Of a stretch of DNA of 64,000 nt, positions 30,267 through 40,173 are shown in pieces (the stretch's first letter is position 1; every line of letters begins with the position of its first letter). The notes under the pieces were generated by a model that was not told the DNA's origin, searched no databases, and was given only the letters and a program-made list of their open reading frames with translations. The position numbers and the translations under genes are program-made. The stretch lies in NCBI GenBank assembly GCA_000146465.1, contig CP001946.1; one strand, 5' to 3'.

Positions 30267-30968
30267 CTATTTTCTCCGTGCTACCTTTAGAATAGACATA
30301 AGAACAAGTACAACAGAAAGAAGTAACATAAAATACATAATCTTGTCCTTCATCCGGCGATGAGAGGCGGGTATCTTCTCCAGCTCGCAGTTGGCTCCCT
30401 CAAGGTAAAAGTTTACCGACTCGAGATAGAAGTCTAATCTATCTATTTGAAGTGTTTGTTGCCCAACGGCCATTTTCATGTCTAAGAGAACGGAGGTGAG
30501 ATCATAAATCGACTTCCTTAAATCCTTTACATTTTCAAGGAGCATTCTACTTCCCTCGTTCTCCTCATCTTCCTCCTCTATCTCTTCATAGATGTCTATG
30601 TTTTTTAGGAATTTCTGTTGTAGCCCTCTATAGTCATGGACTATCGACTTCAGCTGTCCAACAAAATAACCATACATGCACTCTGTCAGAGTTTTCGAAG
30701 GAGAGATTTCTCGGATCCCCTCGATGTTTTTCTCTGCATTATGGATATGTTCGACTATACATCTCTTGATATCCTCGATCTCTTCTTTCTTTTTCCTTTT
30801 TGGCGAAAACGAAGGCATACAATGTTTTTCCTGCACGATACCTAGTCTGCAGATACTTTTCCTTACGTCTTCCAAAAACACTCGAAGCCCGGATGTCGAA
30901 AGCGGATTAAACCTGACATCCTTTCTTTTTGTAAATTTTTTATATTCCAGGGTTCTATTCACAAGCAT
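30267..30968 (-). CDS. Syntaxin-like Qa-SNARE, tail-anchored
   Basis: SNARE heptad region VGQQTLQIDRLDFYLESVNFYLEGANCELEKI containing the central Gln, followed directly by the C-terminal TM IMYFMLLLSVVLVLMSIL. Confidence 0.65.
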   Translation of the reverse strand: MLVNRTLEYKKFTKRKDVRFNPLSTSGLRVFLEDVRKSICRLGIVQEKHCMPSFSPKRKKKEEIEDIKRCIVEHIHNAEKNIEGIREISPSKTLTECMYGYFVGQLKSIVHDYRGLQQKFLKNIDIYEEIEEEDEENEGSRMLLENVKDLRKSIYDLTSVLLDMKMAVGQQTLQIDRLDFYLESVNFYLEGANCELEKIPASHRRMKDKIMYFMLLLSVVLVLMSILKVARRK

Positions 30969-31069
30969 CTGTGCTCTTTATTTGTCTTAGAGAGGAAGGT
31001 GTTATCACTCTTATGAAACAGTGTTTTATTTGATTACTTCCTTGGAGCATACAGAAATAAAATCCATTT

Positions 31070-31492
31070 TCAGTATCCAGAACATCCTCTACATCCACAG
31101 TTGTCGCATCTTATAGCCCTCGCAACGTCGATACTTCTCTCGGGAACTCTGCATATGCATACATTTCCATGCTTGCTGTCAATGGGCTGGATGCATCGGA
31201 GGCAGCATAGGTCTTCATATCCCTCTTTTTTCCAATAACAAACTAATTCATGGTCCACAAATCGGTTTAGTGAAAGATATTTGTATAGCTCATTACTTAT
31301 CTCGCCTTTTTTATCTAAATTATATATGTATCTAGATCTCTGGTGATGGAGCTGGAAAATCGGCCAATAGTTTTCGGGAGGATTTGTAGCAAGAGGAGCA
31401 TTCTCCGCTTTTCTCATTTCTGTCTCTATTTTCTCTAGGAAAGCCTTTACTTTCTCAAACTCCTCTGGTGGATTGATTGGAATTCTTGTCAT
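31070..31492 (-). CDS. BUD31: Bud31/G10 splicing factor
   Basis: LVCYWKKEGYEDLCCLRCIQ...CICRVP...CDNCGCRGCS matches the G10 family Cys pattern almost residue for residue. Confidence 0.9.
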   Translation of the reverse strand: MTRIPINPPEEFEKVKAFLEKIETEMRKAENAPLATNPPENYWPIFQLHHQRSRYIYNLDKKGEISNELYKYLSLNRFVDHELVCYWKKEGYEDLCCLRCIQPIDSKHGNVCICRVPERSIDVARAIRCDNCGCRGCSGY

Positions 31493-31593
31493 TCAACCCA
31501 ATCCGGGGCTCCACACAATAAATAAAATTGTGCTGCATCCATGTGCTTGTCGTCACAGATCTTGTCTTCTTGTTTCAGATTTTTTTGAATAAA

Positions 31594-33327
31594 ATGGATA
31601 TTTTATTCTTTAAAACAATGCAAGGAAAACTTACAGGGCTATTGACTTTGCTGTTAGGATCGATAGGAGCTTCAATAGTTAAGGAAAATACCCTTGGAAG
31701 CCCAGACCTTAGAACTTCAGAAGTATTATACTCCAATGGAGCCTGCAGCACAGAAGTTCCACTGTGCTCGAGGCTTGGAGTCAAAAAACTCATGGAGGGT
31801 GGAAATGCAATCGATGCAGCAATCGCATCTGCCATATGTATTGGAATAATAAACTCTTTCTCGTCGGGAATTGGAGGTGGTGGGTTTGTCCTAATCAAAG
31901 GCCCAGATGGAAGCAATATGTTTGATATGATAGACTTTAGGGAGGTAGCCCCTAAAAGCCTTTCTTCAGACAAACTTGAGGGAATGGGAAGGACAAAGGT
32001 AGGAGGTCTGAGTGTTGGAGTTCCTGGAGAAGTCCTTGGGCTGTACGAGGCACATCAAAAGTACGGAAAACTTCCATGGAAGAACTTATTTCCCGAGAAC
32101 ATAGCAATCGCTAAAGGGTTTCCTGCTAGTAACCAGCTTATAAAGAGAATCAATAAGTTCAGCAGCTATGTGAGGAGTGATCCGGGACTAAAAGAAGTTT
32201 ATACAAGAAATGGAGTTCTCCTTAAAGAGGGGGATATAGTTGTGCGTAAAAACTATGCTAAGACATTGGAGACTATAATGAACAATCCAAAAAGCTTCTA
32301 CACAGGCGAACTTGCAGACTCGATTGTCAAAGCTGTAAGGGAAAAAGGAGGACTGATGGAAAAGAAAGACCTTGAGAAGTATCGGATTATCCATAGAGAT
32401 GTTCTGGAAGGAAGATATCACGACTATAAGGTTTATACCACGAACCTTCCAACAAGCGGGGCATTGATATTGAGAGCCCTTAACATACTTGAGAAGTATG
32501 ATCTAAAGAAGCTAAAGGAAGATAGTATAAAAAACGGGAACTTTAAATATATCCACTTACTAATCGAGGTCTTCAAGTTTGCCATGGCAAGGAGGGGAGA
32601 GCTTGGAGATCCTGCATTTCTCCCGGGATGGGAGAGGATAGTAGAGGAAATAGTCTCGAAAAAGGCAGCAGAAGAGGCTTATAAGAAGATAAACATGGAA
32701 AAGATTTTGGACGTAAAAGAGTATGGAATAAAAGCAAGAGGAGTTGAAGATCATGGAACAACACACATAAATGTTATAGATAAGGAAGGAATGGCAGTGC
32801 TTCTTACAAGTACAGTGAATCTTGAATTTGGGGCTCAGTTCATGGATCGTAAAACAGGAATAGTGTTCAACAATACCATAGACGACTTCTATGTCTCGTC
32901 TTTAGACAACTCCCATGAAAAGCATCCCAATGAAGTAGAAGGAGGCAAAAGACCGTTCTCCTCTATATCTCCTGTTATTCTACTTAAGGATGACGAGATT
33001 CTTACCCTGGGTGCAGCAGGGGGAATAAGGATTCCTACATCCATTATCTCTACAATATTCTATCTTTCGACGGGAGAGAATCTGCGAGAAGCCATAATGG
33101 AAACAAGGATTCATAACCATCTATCTCCGGACACGACGTTTGTAGAATACAACAGTCCAAGGAAACTCTGGAAATATCTTAGCGGGGTTGGACATAGAAT
33201 AGAGAAGTCGCTTCAAAACACTGTTTTCACTTCTGTCCAGGGAATTTTCCTGAAAAAGATTGGTGGAAATAGAGTTATCCAAGCTGTATCGGATCCTCGG
33301 AAAGGAGGAGAAGCCTTTGGGTATTAA
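31594..33327 (+). CDS. Gamma-glutamyltranspeptidase with N-terminal signal peptide
   Basis: GGIGGGGFVLIK, the autoprocessing/catalytic HGTTHINVIDKEG, GAAGG, and a C-terminal AVSDPRKGGEAFGY that matches the GGT C-terminal consensus. The alternative start at 31528 is less likely. Confidence 0.85.
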   Translation: MDILFFKTMQGKLTGLLTLLLGSIGASIVKENTLGSPDLRTSEVLYSNGACSTEVPLCSRLGVKKLMEGGNAIDAAIASAICIGIINSFSSGIGGGGFVLIKGPDGSNMFDMIDFREVAPKSLSSDKLEGMGRTKVGGLSVGVPGEVLGLYEAHQKYGKLPWKNLFPENIAIAKGFPASNQLIKRINKFSSYVRSDPGLKEVYTRNGVLLKEGDIVVRKNYAKTLETIMNNPKSFYTGELADSIVKAVREKGGLMEKKDLEKYRIIHRDVLEGRYHDYKVYTTNLPTSGALILRALNILEKYDLKKLKEDSIKNGNFKYIHLLIEVFKFAMARRGELGDPAFLPGWERIVEEIVSKKAAEEAYKKINMEKILDVKEYGIKARGVEDHGTTHINVIDKEGMAVLLTSTVNLEFGAQFMDRKTGIVFNNTIDDFYVSSLDNSHEKHPNEVEGGKRPFSSISPVILLKDDEILTLGAAGGIRIPTSIISTIFYLSTGENLREAIMETRIHNHLSPDTTFVEYNSPRKLWKYLSGVGHRIEKSLQNTVFTSVQGIFLKKIGGNRVIQAVSDPRKGGEAFGY

Positions 33328-33344
33328 ATATAAATTTTAAGACT

Positions 33345-34547
33345 CTACTTTCCTCGGAGGAGATAATAAGCAAGGTACAGGCCTTCAGTGGATACCTTTT
33401 CATAGGGAATCACCTCTACCCTTTCGTCATCCATCCTATACCACTTGCCTCCAAATATGGCATAGGAAAGATAATGGCCATAAGTAATGGATCCACGATG
33501 GCTTATAAACCCTAAAACATCATAGATCCTTTCTCCCACGGCTAATGTATTTGATAAGGCTACATGGGAATCGATTTTTCTGGACACTCCTTCATAGGAG
33601 AATCTCTTTAGATGAAGAGATAAGACCCTTGGATATCTTTTGACTTCCAACCTTTTTGTGCATAACCCTTCTTCCTGGCAAGCTTCACACATTACCTCAT
33701 CCTTCAAGTCCTCGGTTCCAAGGAAGATGTCCAACGATGACTGGATAGAAGGAAGGCATTCAAGAGGAATTGTTGCAAATGCTTCTTCTTTTGTTTTCTT
33801 AAGATTACAGTTTCTACACAGCATTGTCGAGGAAAACATCCCGAAGAATGTTCGATGAGATAAGCATTTACAGGTGATCTCGTCTGTAGACTGGAAGTCA
33901 TATGCCTCGTGAATCTTTTGGAGAAGGCATACAAAGAATTCATGCACATCCTGCTGCATAGATCCTACAAAGTGAGGAACCAGAAGCCACATTGTGTGTA
34001 TGAACTTGTGCGTAAGCACACACTCAGAGCCATATGAATAGTCAATTAGAGACTTCATGGCACACATTATACACCTGCTGTCTCTACACTTGAACCTTGT
34101 ATGTGTATTTGACAAAAGTTCGTCTCTTATTGGACATAGATTGATCATTATACTAAGAACTGCGTTTATATAGCACGTATTTCCAAGGTTTGAAAACCCT
34201 TTGAGGGGGATGTATGGAAAAACTTCATACAGTGATGAAGAGATACTAACTATGACTGTGTCTTCTATTCTGTTGGTGAGGCTTCTCAAGAAATACCTCC
34301 TAGCACATACAGCACAAGAGATAACAGAAGAAGTAGGATCAAGAAATACTTCATGGCTATGCAATCCCTTGTCTGTGCTACAAAGGAGACAGTAGCATTG
34401 TAGGCATATTTGTAGGTCTATTGAAGTCTTGCCGGCATTGCACCGGGTACTCAATCCCTTCTTTTTGAGATGGCCCAGTTTTAAAGTAATCGCCTTGAGG
34501 ATCTTTTCAACATTCTTTAGTGATTCAACATGTATACATAAATTCAT
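33345..34547 (-). CDS. Ubiquitin-specific protease with N-terminal ZnF-UBP (Ubp8/USP22-like)
   Basis: Cys box GFSNLGNTCYINAVL and His box GSITYGHYLSYAIFGGKWYRMDD. The N-terminal C/H-rich ZnF-UBP is CLQCYCLLCS...HSHEV...CAVC. Confidence 0.8.
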   Translation of the reverse strand: MNLCIHVESLKNVEKILKAITLKLGHLKKKGLSTRCNAGKTSIDLQICLQCYCLLCSTDKGLHSHEVFLDPTSSVISCAVCARRYFLRSLTNRIEDTVIVSISSSLYEVFPYIPLKGFSNLGNTCYINAVLSIMINLCPIRDELLSNTHTRFKCRDSRCIMCAMKSLIDYSYGSECVLTHKFIHTMWLLVPHFVGSMQQDVHEFFVCLLQKIHEAYDFQSTDEITCKCLSHRTFFGMFSSTMLCRNCNLKKTKEEAFATIPLECLPSIQSSLDIFLGTEDLKDEVMCEACQEEGLCTKRLEVKRYPRVLSLHLKRFSYEGVSRKIDSHVALSNTLAVGERIYDVLGFISHRGSITYGHYLSYAIFGGKWYRMDDERVEVIPYEKVSTEGLYLAYYLLRGK

Positions 34548-34578
34548 TTATGGGTGCAGTTTTTATTTCATCTGAAGA

Positions 34579-35832
34579 ATGACACTTTTAAAGATACAAA
34601 GCCAAATAAACAAATTAATCGTCTTGTGTCCTCCATTTGATATGATCGGGCAGAAGAGAGCCTCAAAAGAAGACCTGAGTATATGCGGTTGTTCAAGAAC
34701 CTTTAGAAGAAGGGAAGAGAGTGACACAAGTGAAAAAACACATTACGAAGTCGTGCAAAATAAGGTAACAACAATAACCAAAACTAACTTCTTCAAAAGA
34801 TTGATATGGTCTATTCTTATGATCTCGGGTTTCTTTTGGATTTGTGTAAACAATAAGATATACTCTTTCATCTTGATCATCTTTTTAACAATATCTATCA
34901 TAAGAGAAATGATTGGAATCACAAAAAAATCTGAAGGAAGGCCTTTTCATCTTCGAGTATCAATCCTTTTCGGGTTTTCTGTGCCGATATATCTTTACTT
35001 GGTCTTTCCTTCGATAATGGGTGTCTATTTTCCTGGACTTCCGAAGTACTTTTTTCGGAGATTATCTTTCATATGCTTTTACAGCTATGTAGTTGTATTT
35101 ATGTCTTTTGTTGCTTCACTTAGAAAGGGAAAGCTAAAGTCACAGCTGGGACTGTTTGCCTTGGTCCACCTATCTACGTATATAATGGCGATAGTAGCAA
35201 AATGTGCAATCTTCAACCTTAATAAGGGGAGGTTCTGGTTTATGTTTCCTGCTCTGCTTGTTATATCAAATGACATCTCGGCATACGTTGTAGGGAAGAG
35301 CATTGGGAAGAGGCCTCTTTACCGCCTTAGTCCAAAGAAGACACTTGAGGGATTCATAGGGGCCTTTGTTTTTACGGCAATTGTAGGATTTGTACTGGGA
35401 TATCTTCATGTGAACAGTGGATTTTTGAGGGATGGGGACTCTGAACAATTCCAGAAGCTTATAAAGTTCAAAGCCCTTGGAATGAGTCTGAAAATACAAA
35501 GTATATATATACATATCATTCCATTTGTTCTCGTAACGTCATTTGTGGCACCGTTCACAGGGTTTCTTGCAAGTGCACTAAAGAGAGCCTATAAGAAGAA
35601 GGACTTTGGAGAGACGATTTCTGGACATGGAGGAATAGCAGACAGAATGGATTGCCAGATATTAGTTGGGATTTTTACATCCACATATATAAACTCGTTC
35701 ATCTACACAGAAGATAAGTCAATAGGATCAGTATTCGGTTTTATATGTAGAAACTTCAGTTCCGAAGAAATAATGATTCTCATCGAGATGCTGAACCGAA
35801 GAATAGAAGGCATAAGAGGCAGGGAGCATTAG
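34579..35832 (+). CDS. CDS1: CDP-diacylglycerol synthase (phosphatidate cytidylyltransferase)
   Basis: CTP_transf_1 signature SALKRAYKKKDFGETISGHGGIADRMDCQ. Multipass TM protein. Confidence 0.85.
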   Translation: MTLLKIQSQINKLIVLCPPFDMIGQKRASKEDLSICGCSRTFRRREESDTSEKTHYEVVQNKVTTITKTNFFKRLIWSILMISGFFWICVNNKIYSFILIIFLTISIIREMIGITKKSEGRPFHLRVSILFGFSVPIYLYLVFPSIMGVYFPGLPKYFFRRLSFICFYSYVVVFMSFVASLRKGKLKSQLGLFALVHLSTYIMAIVAKCAIFNLNKGRFWFMFPALLVISNDISAYVVGKSIGKRPLYRLSPKKTLEGFIGAFVFTAIVGFVLGYLHVNSGFLRDGDSEQFQKLIKFKALGMSLKIQSIYIHIIPFVLVTSFVAPFTGFLASALKRAYKKKDFGETISGHGGIADRMDCQILVGIFTSTYINSFIYTEDKSIGSVFGFICRNFSSEEIMILIEMLNRRIEGIRGREH

Positions 35833-35910
35833 ATCTTGCATATTTACGATTTAAGGTCCAATGTGTCTATCTTCACTACATCGGATAAAAACAGAAAAAA
35901 AATCTTTCCC

Positions 35911-36942
35911 ATGGAAACCTTTAAGATGATTGAGGCCATGAGGCAGAAGAATAGGTTTTCTTCCGGGGATTACACGGGTTATAAGAACTATCTTAAAGTT
36001 GAGATGAGGGGACGGGGGCAAGGAGAAGATAGAGATTTGTATAAACTTGAGTCAAACCTGTCGAAGTTCTTTATTTTCAACTCGACGAGGTTTCTGAAGA
36101 GTAATTTGAGAATACTTAGAAGGAATAGGTCTGAGTTTGGAGTTATGTATAGTACCCTTATGAGAGGTATGGTTGGGGGTCTTATGGAAAAACCCATTGA
36201 AATTGGAGATCTCTTGGAGCTCCGGAAACGGCTTTTACCATATAAGACATTTGTAGGCCAGATCGATGCATTGCTTGAATCGGCACCATATAGCTTTGAC
36301 ACCTCATCCTTAAAGACCAGGTACATGTGGAATGACATAGCGATTGGATTCAGAAACGACTTTGAAAGAGACCAATTTCTAGAGGGAAAAGCTCCACAGG
36401 ACGGGGGATATGATGCAGACATTGCCACCTTTATACTGAAGGTGGAAAACAAAAAGAAGCGACTACTGTCTCTCATTAAATCCAAGCCTACTAAGATTGT
36501 CTGTATTAGTAAGAAAGTAGAAAAGCTTTTGGAGACACTTGATAGGCTAAAGGTTGTTTTGAATGAAAATCTGGTTGAATCAGCCTATGTTGAGAAGATG
36601 ATCAATGACACAGAAGAACTGAAAGCATACTACTTGAATATCGCCGAATTTAAGAGGTGTCTGAAATGGGACGATTCTATAGACGGGTTCAAGGTTCCTT
36701 TGTCATTTAAAGAGGTAGAACCCCAGATTCTGGAAGTAAGAGATGATTTATCGTATGTCTCAAGGAAATGCTTGAGAGGTGCGCTTTCCAAGTATCTAGA
36801 GAAATCCCTCCAGCCAACCAAACCGGCTATAAAGGTTCCGTTTATACCGGTGCTGTTTGATGTGGCTAGGGATTACATATCGTATCCTGCAGAAGATAAA
36901 AACATGGAGGATCTATTCAAGAAGCTTCACATGTTCAAATGA
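35911..36942 (+). CDS. Hypothetical protein, weakly reminiscent of the SRP68 RNA-binding domain
   Basis: ORF starting at METFKM; the ATG at 35836 abuts the CDS1 stop. MIEAMRQKNRFSSGDYTGYKNYL has the pattern of the SRP68 N-terminal L.II...Q.GLR.GDF.RYR.YC. The similarity is weak. Confidence 0.35.
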   Translation: METFKMIEAMRQKNRFSSGDYTGYKNYLKVEMRGRGQGEDRDLYKLESNLSKFFIFNSTRFLKSNLRILRRNRSEFGVMYSTLMRGMVGGLMEKPIEIGDLLELRKRLLPYKTFVGQIDALLESAPYSFDTSSLKTRYMWNDIAIGFRNDFERDQFLEGKAPQDGGYDADIATFILKVENKKKRLLSLIKSKPTKIVCISKKVEKLLETLDRLKVVLNENLVESAYVEKMINDTEELKAYYLNIAEFKRCLKWDDSIDGFKVPLSFKEVEPQILEVRDDLSYVSRKCLRGALSKYLEKSLQPTKPAIKVPFIPVLFDVARDYISYPAEDKNMEDLFKKLHMFK

Positions 36943-36985
36943 TTAAATAAGGCCTTCTTTCTAATTTACTCCTTGTTCATCCCCA

Positions 36986-38224
36986 ATGAGGAGCCCTGCG
37001 ATTCTTAGAAGCTTGAAGAACAAGATTCTTGCCAAGTTGAACAGAAAAAAGAAAAGTATATGCAACAGAAGCACCTCGGAATCGAATTCTCTTGGCGACG
37101 AAGTTTTGGCCAATAATTCAGAAGAGCTTCTAATGGAATGGCCTTTACCGTTTAACAAGGATCTCCTACCTCCATATCCTACAGATGTTCAAAAGACTGT
37201 AATCCCATACATCCTGGCAAAAAAGAGTATCAATGTTGTTTCTGAGACAGGAAGTGGAAAGACTCTCTCCTATGTACTTCCATATACTCATATCCTTGAA
37301 AATGAAGATAAGAGATTACTGGTTATTGTTCCCACAAGAGAGTTGGTTTCGCAGGTAAGTAAAGTGTTCCAGAAGTTTTCGGAGGGTCTTCTTGAAGTTT
37401 TAGAGATAACAGGAGAGGGAAGCATAGATTCACAGCGCTTAGAGGCTTCCAAGCCCTTTGATGTAGTAATTTCCACACCTGGAAGACTGAAGGAACTTAT
37501 GGAACTAAAGAGTATTGGAAGCTTTGAATATGTTGTTGTTGATGAAGCAGATAGATTGATGCAACACGATATTAGAAGGGATGTAGCATTTATATTGAGA
37601 GAAGCGAGGCCTGAGGTTACTAGCTTTTTTTCTGCAACATCTTTTGAATGGTATGGGGGAATAAAGATTTCAATTGGTGGGGTTTCTGTTAGTAGAAATG
37701 TAGAGGAATTTTTCTTGTATGCTGAGAACAACGAAAAGCAACAGGTTCTTGGAGAGATTTTGAATTCTTGTGAGGATTGGTTTGGAAGAACCATGAATGT
37801 CAGAAGGGATGAATTAGAGATCAAGAAGATCTTTATATTTTGTAACACTATCAAGATGTGCGAAGACCTTCATGAGAGATTCAGGGAGTCCCTGGTGCTT
37901 CATTCAAAAAAGTCCATGGATGAAAGGAAAACAGTTATGAAAGCATTAGAAGGAGAAAATGTGGTCTTGATTTCCACAGATCTTGGAGGAAGAGGGGTTG
38001 ACATAAGGGACGTAGACTTGGTGATCAACTACGATCTTCCCAAGACGATTGAAGCCTATGTACATCGATGCGGTAGGGCTGGAAGGCAAAAGAAAGGAGT
38101 TTCTCTGTCTATGGTGTGCCGGGAAGACAAGGAGATACTTCCCAAGCTTAGAAGGCTTATTGAAAGAAAGGGAGGGGTTGTACCAAGATTTATGAATAGA
38201 AAAGAAGACATAATACTAGACTGA
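36986..38224 (+). CDS. DEAD-box ATP-dependent RNA helicase
   Basis: Motif I SETGSGKT, motif Ia PTRELV, motif II VVDEAD, motif III SAT, motif VI HRCGRAGR. Confidence 0.85.
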   Translation: MRSPAILRSLKNKILAKLNRKKKSICNRSTSESNSLGDEVLANNSEELLMEWPLPFNKDLLPPYPTDVQKTVIPYILAKKSINVVSETGSGKTLSYVLPYTHILENEDKRLLVIVPTRELVSQVSKVFQKFSEGLLEVLEITGEGSIDSQRLEASKPFDVVISTPGRLKELMELKSIGSFEYVVVDEADRLMQHDIRRDVAFILREARPEVTSFFSATSFEWYGGIKISIGGVSVSRNVEEFFLYAENNEKQQVLGEILNSCEDWFGRTMNVRRDELEIKKIFIFCNTIKMCEDLHERFRESLVLHSKKSMDERKTVMKALEGENVVLISTDLGGRGVDIRDVDLVINYDLPKTIEAYVHRCGRAGRQKKGVSLSMVCREDKEILPKLRRLIERKGGVVPRFMNRKEDIILD

Positions 38225-38446
38225 TATGGTGAATGGATTAAGGTGTTTAGTAGCCCCTTGGGGAATGTATTTTGAGTATGATAAGGCTATAATGCAAAAG
38301 ATAATCAAGAAGCTTAAGGAGGAAAGCGATGAAGATCAAGGAATCGAAGATCATAACAAAGGGAATGGAGAGGAATAATATAATAGATGAGGACATCTGT
38401 TTTTGAGTTATGGTAATAAATTTTTGGCTTGTTTATTCACCCAGGA

Positions 38447-40150
38447 ATGAAAATCTTAATAACATCTGATAACCATCTTGGATACAAGGAGTCTGACCCT
38501 GTTCTGTTTGATGATAGCTACAATGCTTTTGAGGAGGTCTTGAAGACGGCGCAAAGGGAAAAAGTTGACCTGATTTTGCAGGGCGGAGATTTATTCCATG
38601 AGAATAGGCCATCTAGAAACTGTCTCAACAGAACTATAGGACTTCTGAGAAGATACTGTGTTGGAGATAGGAGATCCTCCCTCAAATCAAACCATAGCTT
38701 AAACATTCATGACCAGAATATTGGAATCTCGATTCCTGTGGTGGCCATCCATGGAAACCACGATGACCCGAGTGGAATAAATATGATTTCTCCGCTTGAC
38801 ATTTTGCATAGTAGTGGGCTTGTGAACTACATAGGAAAGTATAATCTGATGGACAGGATAGACGTTTTTCCCTTGCTATTAGAAGGAGACTATCGAATTG
38901 CAATCTACGGTCTAGGACACATTAAGGATCGAAGGTTATACAAGATGTTTTGTGAAGGAAGAATAATGTTCCACAGACCTCCGGACTGCGATTCGTGGTA
39001 TAACATCCTTGTATTGCACCAGAACAGGGTTCCCAGAGAAAAGGAACACCCCTCAGAGGACTTTATAGACGACTTCTTTGATCTTGTGGTTTATGGGCAC
39101 GAGCATGAAAGCAAAGTTATCAAGAAAGAACGTCTAGTACTCCAGTCGGGCTCCACGGTTAGGACATCGCTGTGTGAGGGAGAAAGGTATGATAAGTATA
39201 TATATATTCTAAGGATAGGAAAGGAATGCATTCTAGAGCACATTAAGCTAAGAAATGTAAGGCCGTTTGTCCTGGATGTCCTTCGGATTGAGGGAAAAGA
39301 CAATGCTGAAGAGGTTGTTGGAAATAAAATACGGGACATGATAGAAGCAGGGAAAAGAAAAGAAGTCTGTTTCAATAAAGAAATCACAGCCGTAGATGTT
39401 GATACACAGAGATTTAAATGCAAGGAAAAGAAAGAAGAAGAGAATGAAGAAGACACTATTTGTAAGAACTTTGCACATGAAGAAAAAGAATATACTCCAC
39501 TGATTAGATTGAAGATTGAGAATTGTGGAAATAATGTGTTTGATAGGCACAGGTTTGGCATCCAATTTAAAGGACTTGTGGCAAATTCAGGAGATATGCT
39601 GACCATATCTAGAAGACCACGAAGAAAAGAAGAAATTGAGATAGAGGCGGTAGAGGAAAAGGTTGAGATAGCACGGGTATTAAGAAGAATTCTTAGGGAT
39701 GTGGAGTTTGGGGTCTTAAGTAGGACAGGATTCTCGGAAAGTTTAGAGGAATTTGTAAAAGGAGATAGCAATGCTTTTATGGGGATGATCAGAAAGAACA
39801 TCGAAAAGATTACGAAGGTGATTGACTATTCCTCAATTGTGGAAGAAGACGTAATAAAGACCATGAAAAGAATTAGCAATGAAGAAGATTTCTACGATGG
39901 CGAAGATCGCTTGGAAGACAAAGGAGATAAAGGGGCTTCTAATGAGAAAAGAGTGGAAGAGAGTTTTACCAAAGATCTGGAGGATGAATATTCATATCAT
40001 TCAGAAGACAACGAAAAGAACAAGGCTGGGGTCAAGAAGAACTTCAATGTGGAAGATCTATTGGGAAAGAAGTATCTGAGCAAAAAGCCAAGGAAAAATA
40101 AGGAAGATTCAAGCACTGATGTTTCTTTTACACTTTCGAAGTACTTATGA
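38447..40150 (+). CDS. MRE11: Mre11 double-strand-break repair nuclease
   Basis: Phosphoesterase motifs ILITSDNHLGY, LQGGDLFHEN, AIHGNHDDP, GHEHE. The C-terminal acidic/Lys-rich tail is present. The likely start is the Met at 38447. Confidence 0.9.
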   Translation: MKILITSDNHLGYKESDPVLFDDSYNAFEEVLKTAQREKVDLILQGGDLFHENRPSRNCLNRTIGLLRRYCVGDRRSSLKSNHSLNIHDQNIGISIPVVAIHGNHDDPSGINMISPLDILHSSGLVNYIGKYNLMDRIDVFPLLLEGDYRIAIYGLGHIKDRRLYKMFCEGRIMFHRPPDCDSWYNILVLHQNRVPREKEHPSEDFIDDFFDLVVYGHEHESKVIKKERLVLQSGSTVRTSLCEGERYDKYIYILRIGKECILEHIKLRNVRPFVLDVLRIEGKDNAEEVVGNKIRDMIEAGKRKEVCFNKEITAVDVDTQRFKCKEKKEEENEEDTICKNFAHEEKEYTPLIRLKIENCGNNVFDRHRFGIQFKGLVANSGDMLTISRRPRRKEEIEIEAVEEKVEIARVLRRILRDVEFGVLSRTGFSESLEEFVKGDSNAFMGMIRKNIEKITKVIDYSSIVEEDVIKTMKRISNEEDFYDGEDRLEDKGDKGASNEKRVEESFTKDLEDEYSYHSEDNEKNKAGVKKNFNVEDLLGKKYLSKKPRKNKEDSSTDVSFTLSKYL

Positions 40151-40173
40151 TCGTTTGTAGATTCAATCAAATC

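Noticed and set aside
31528-31593. The upstream extension of the GGT ORF (MCCIHVLVVTDLVFLFQIFLNK)
   Set aside because: It is hydrophobic but non-signal-like. It begins 35 bp after the divergent Bud31 start, leaving no spacer. The Met at 31594 (or 31618) yields a canonical signal peptide.
37345-37360. GTAAGT hexamer (caggtaagtaaag) as a possible 5' splice site in the DEAD-box helicase gene
   Set aside because: The reading frame is continuous through it, and helicase motifs Ia and Ib are intact on both sides. There is no downstream branch or AG context suggesting an intron.
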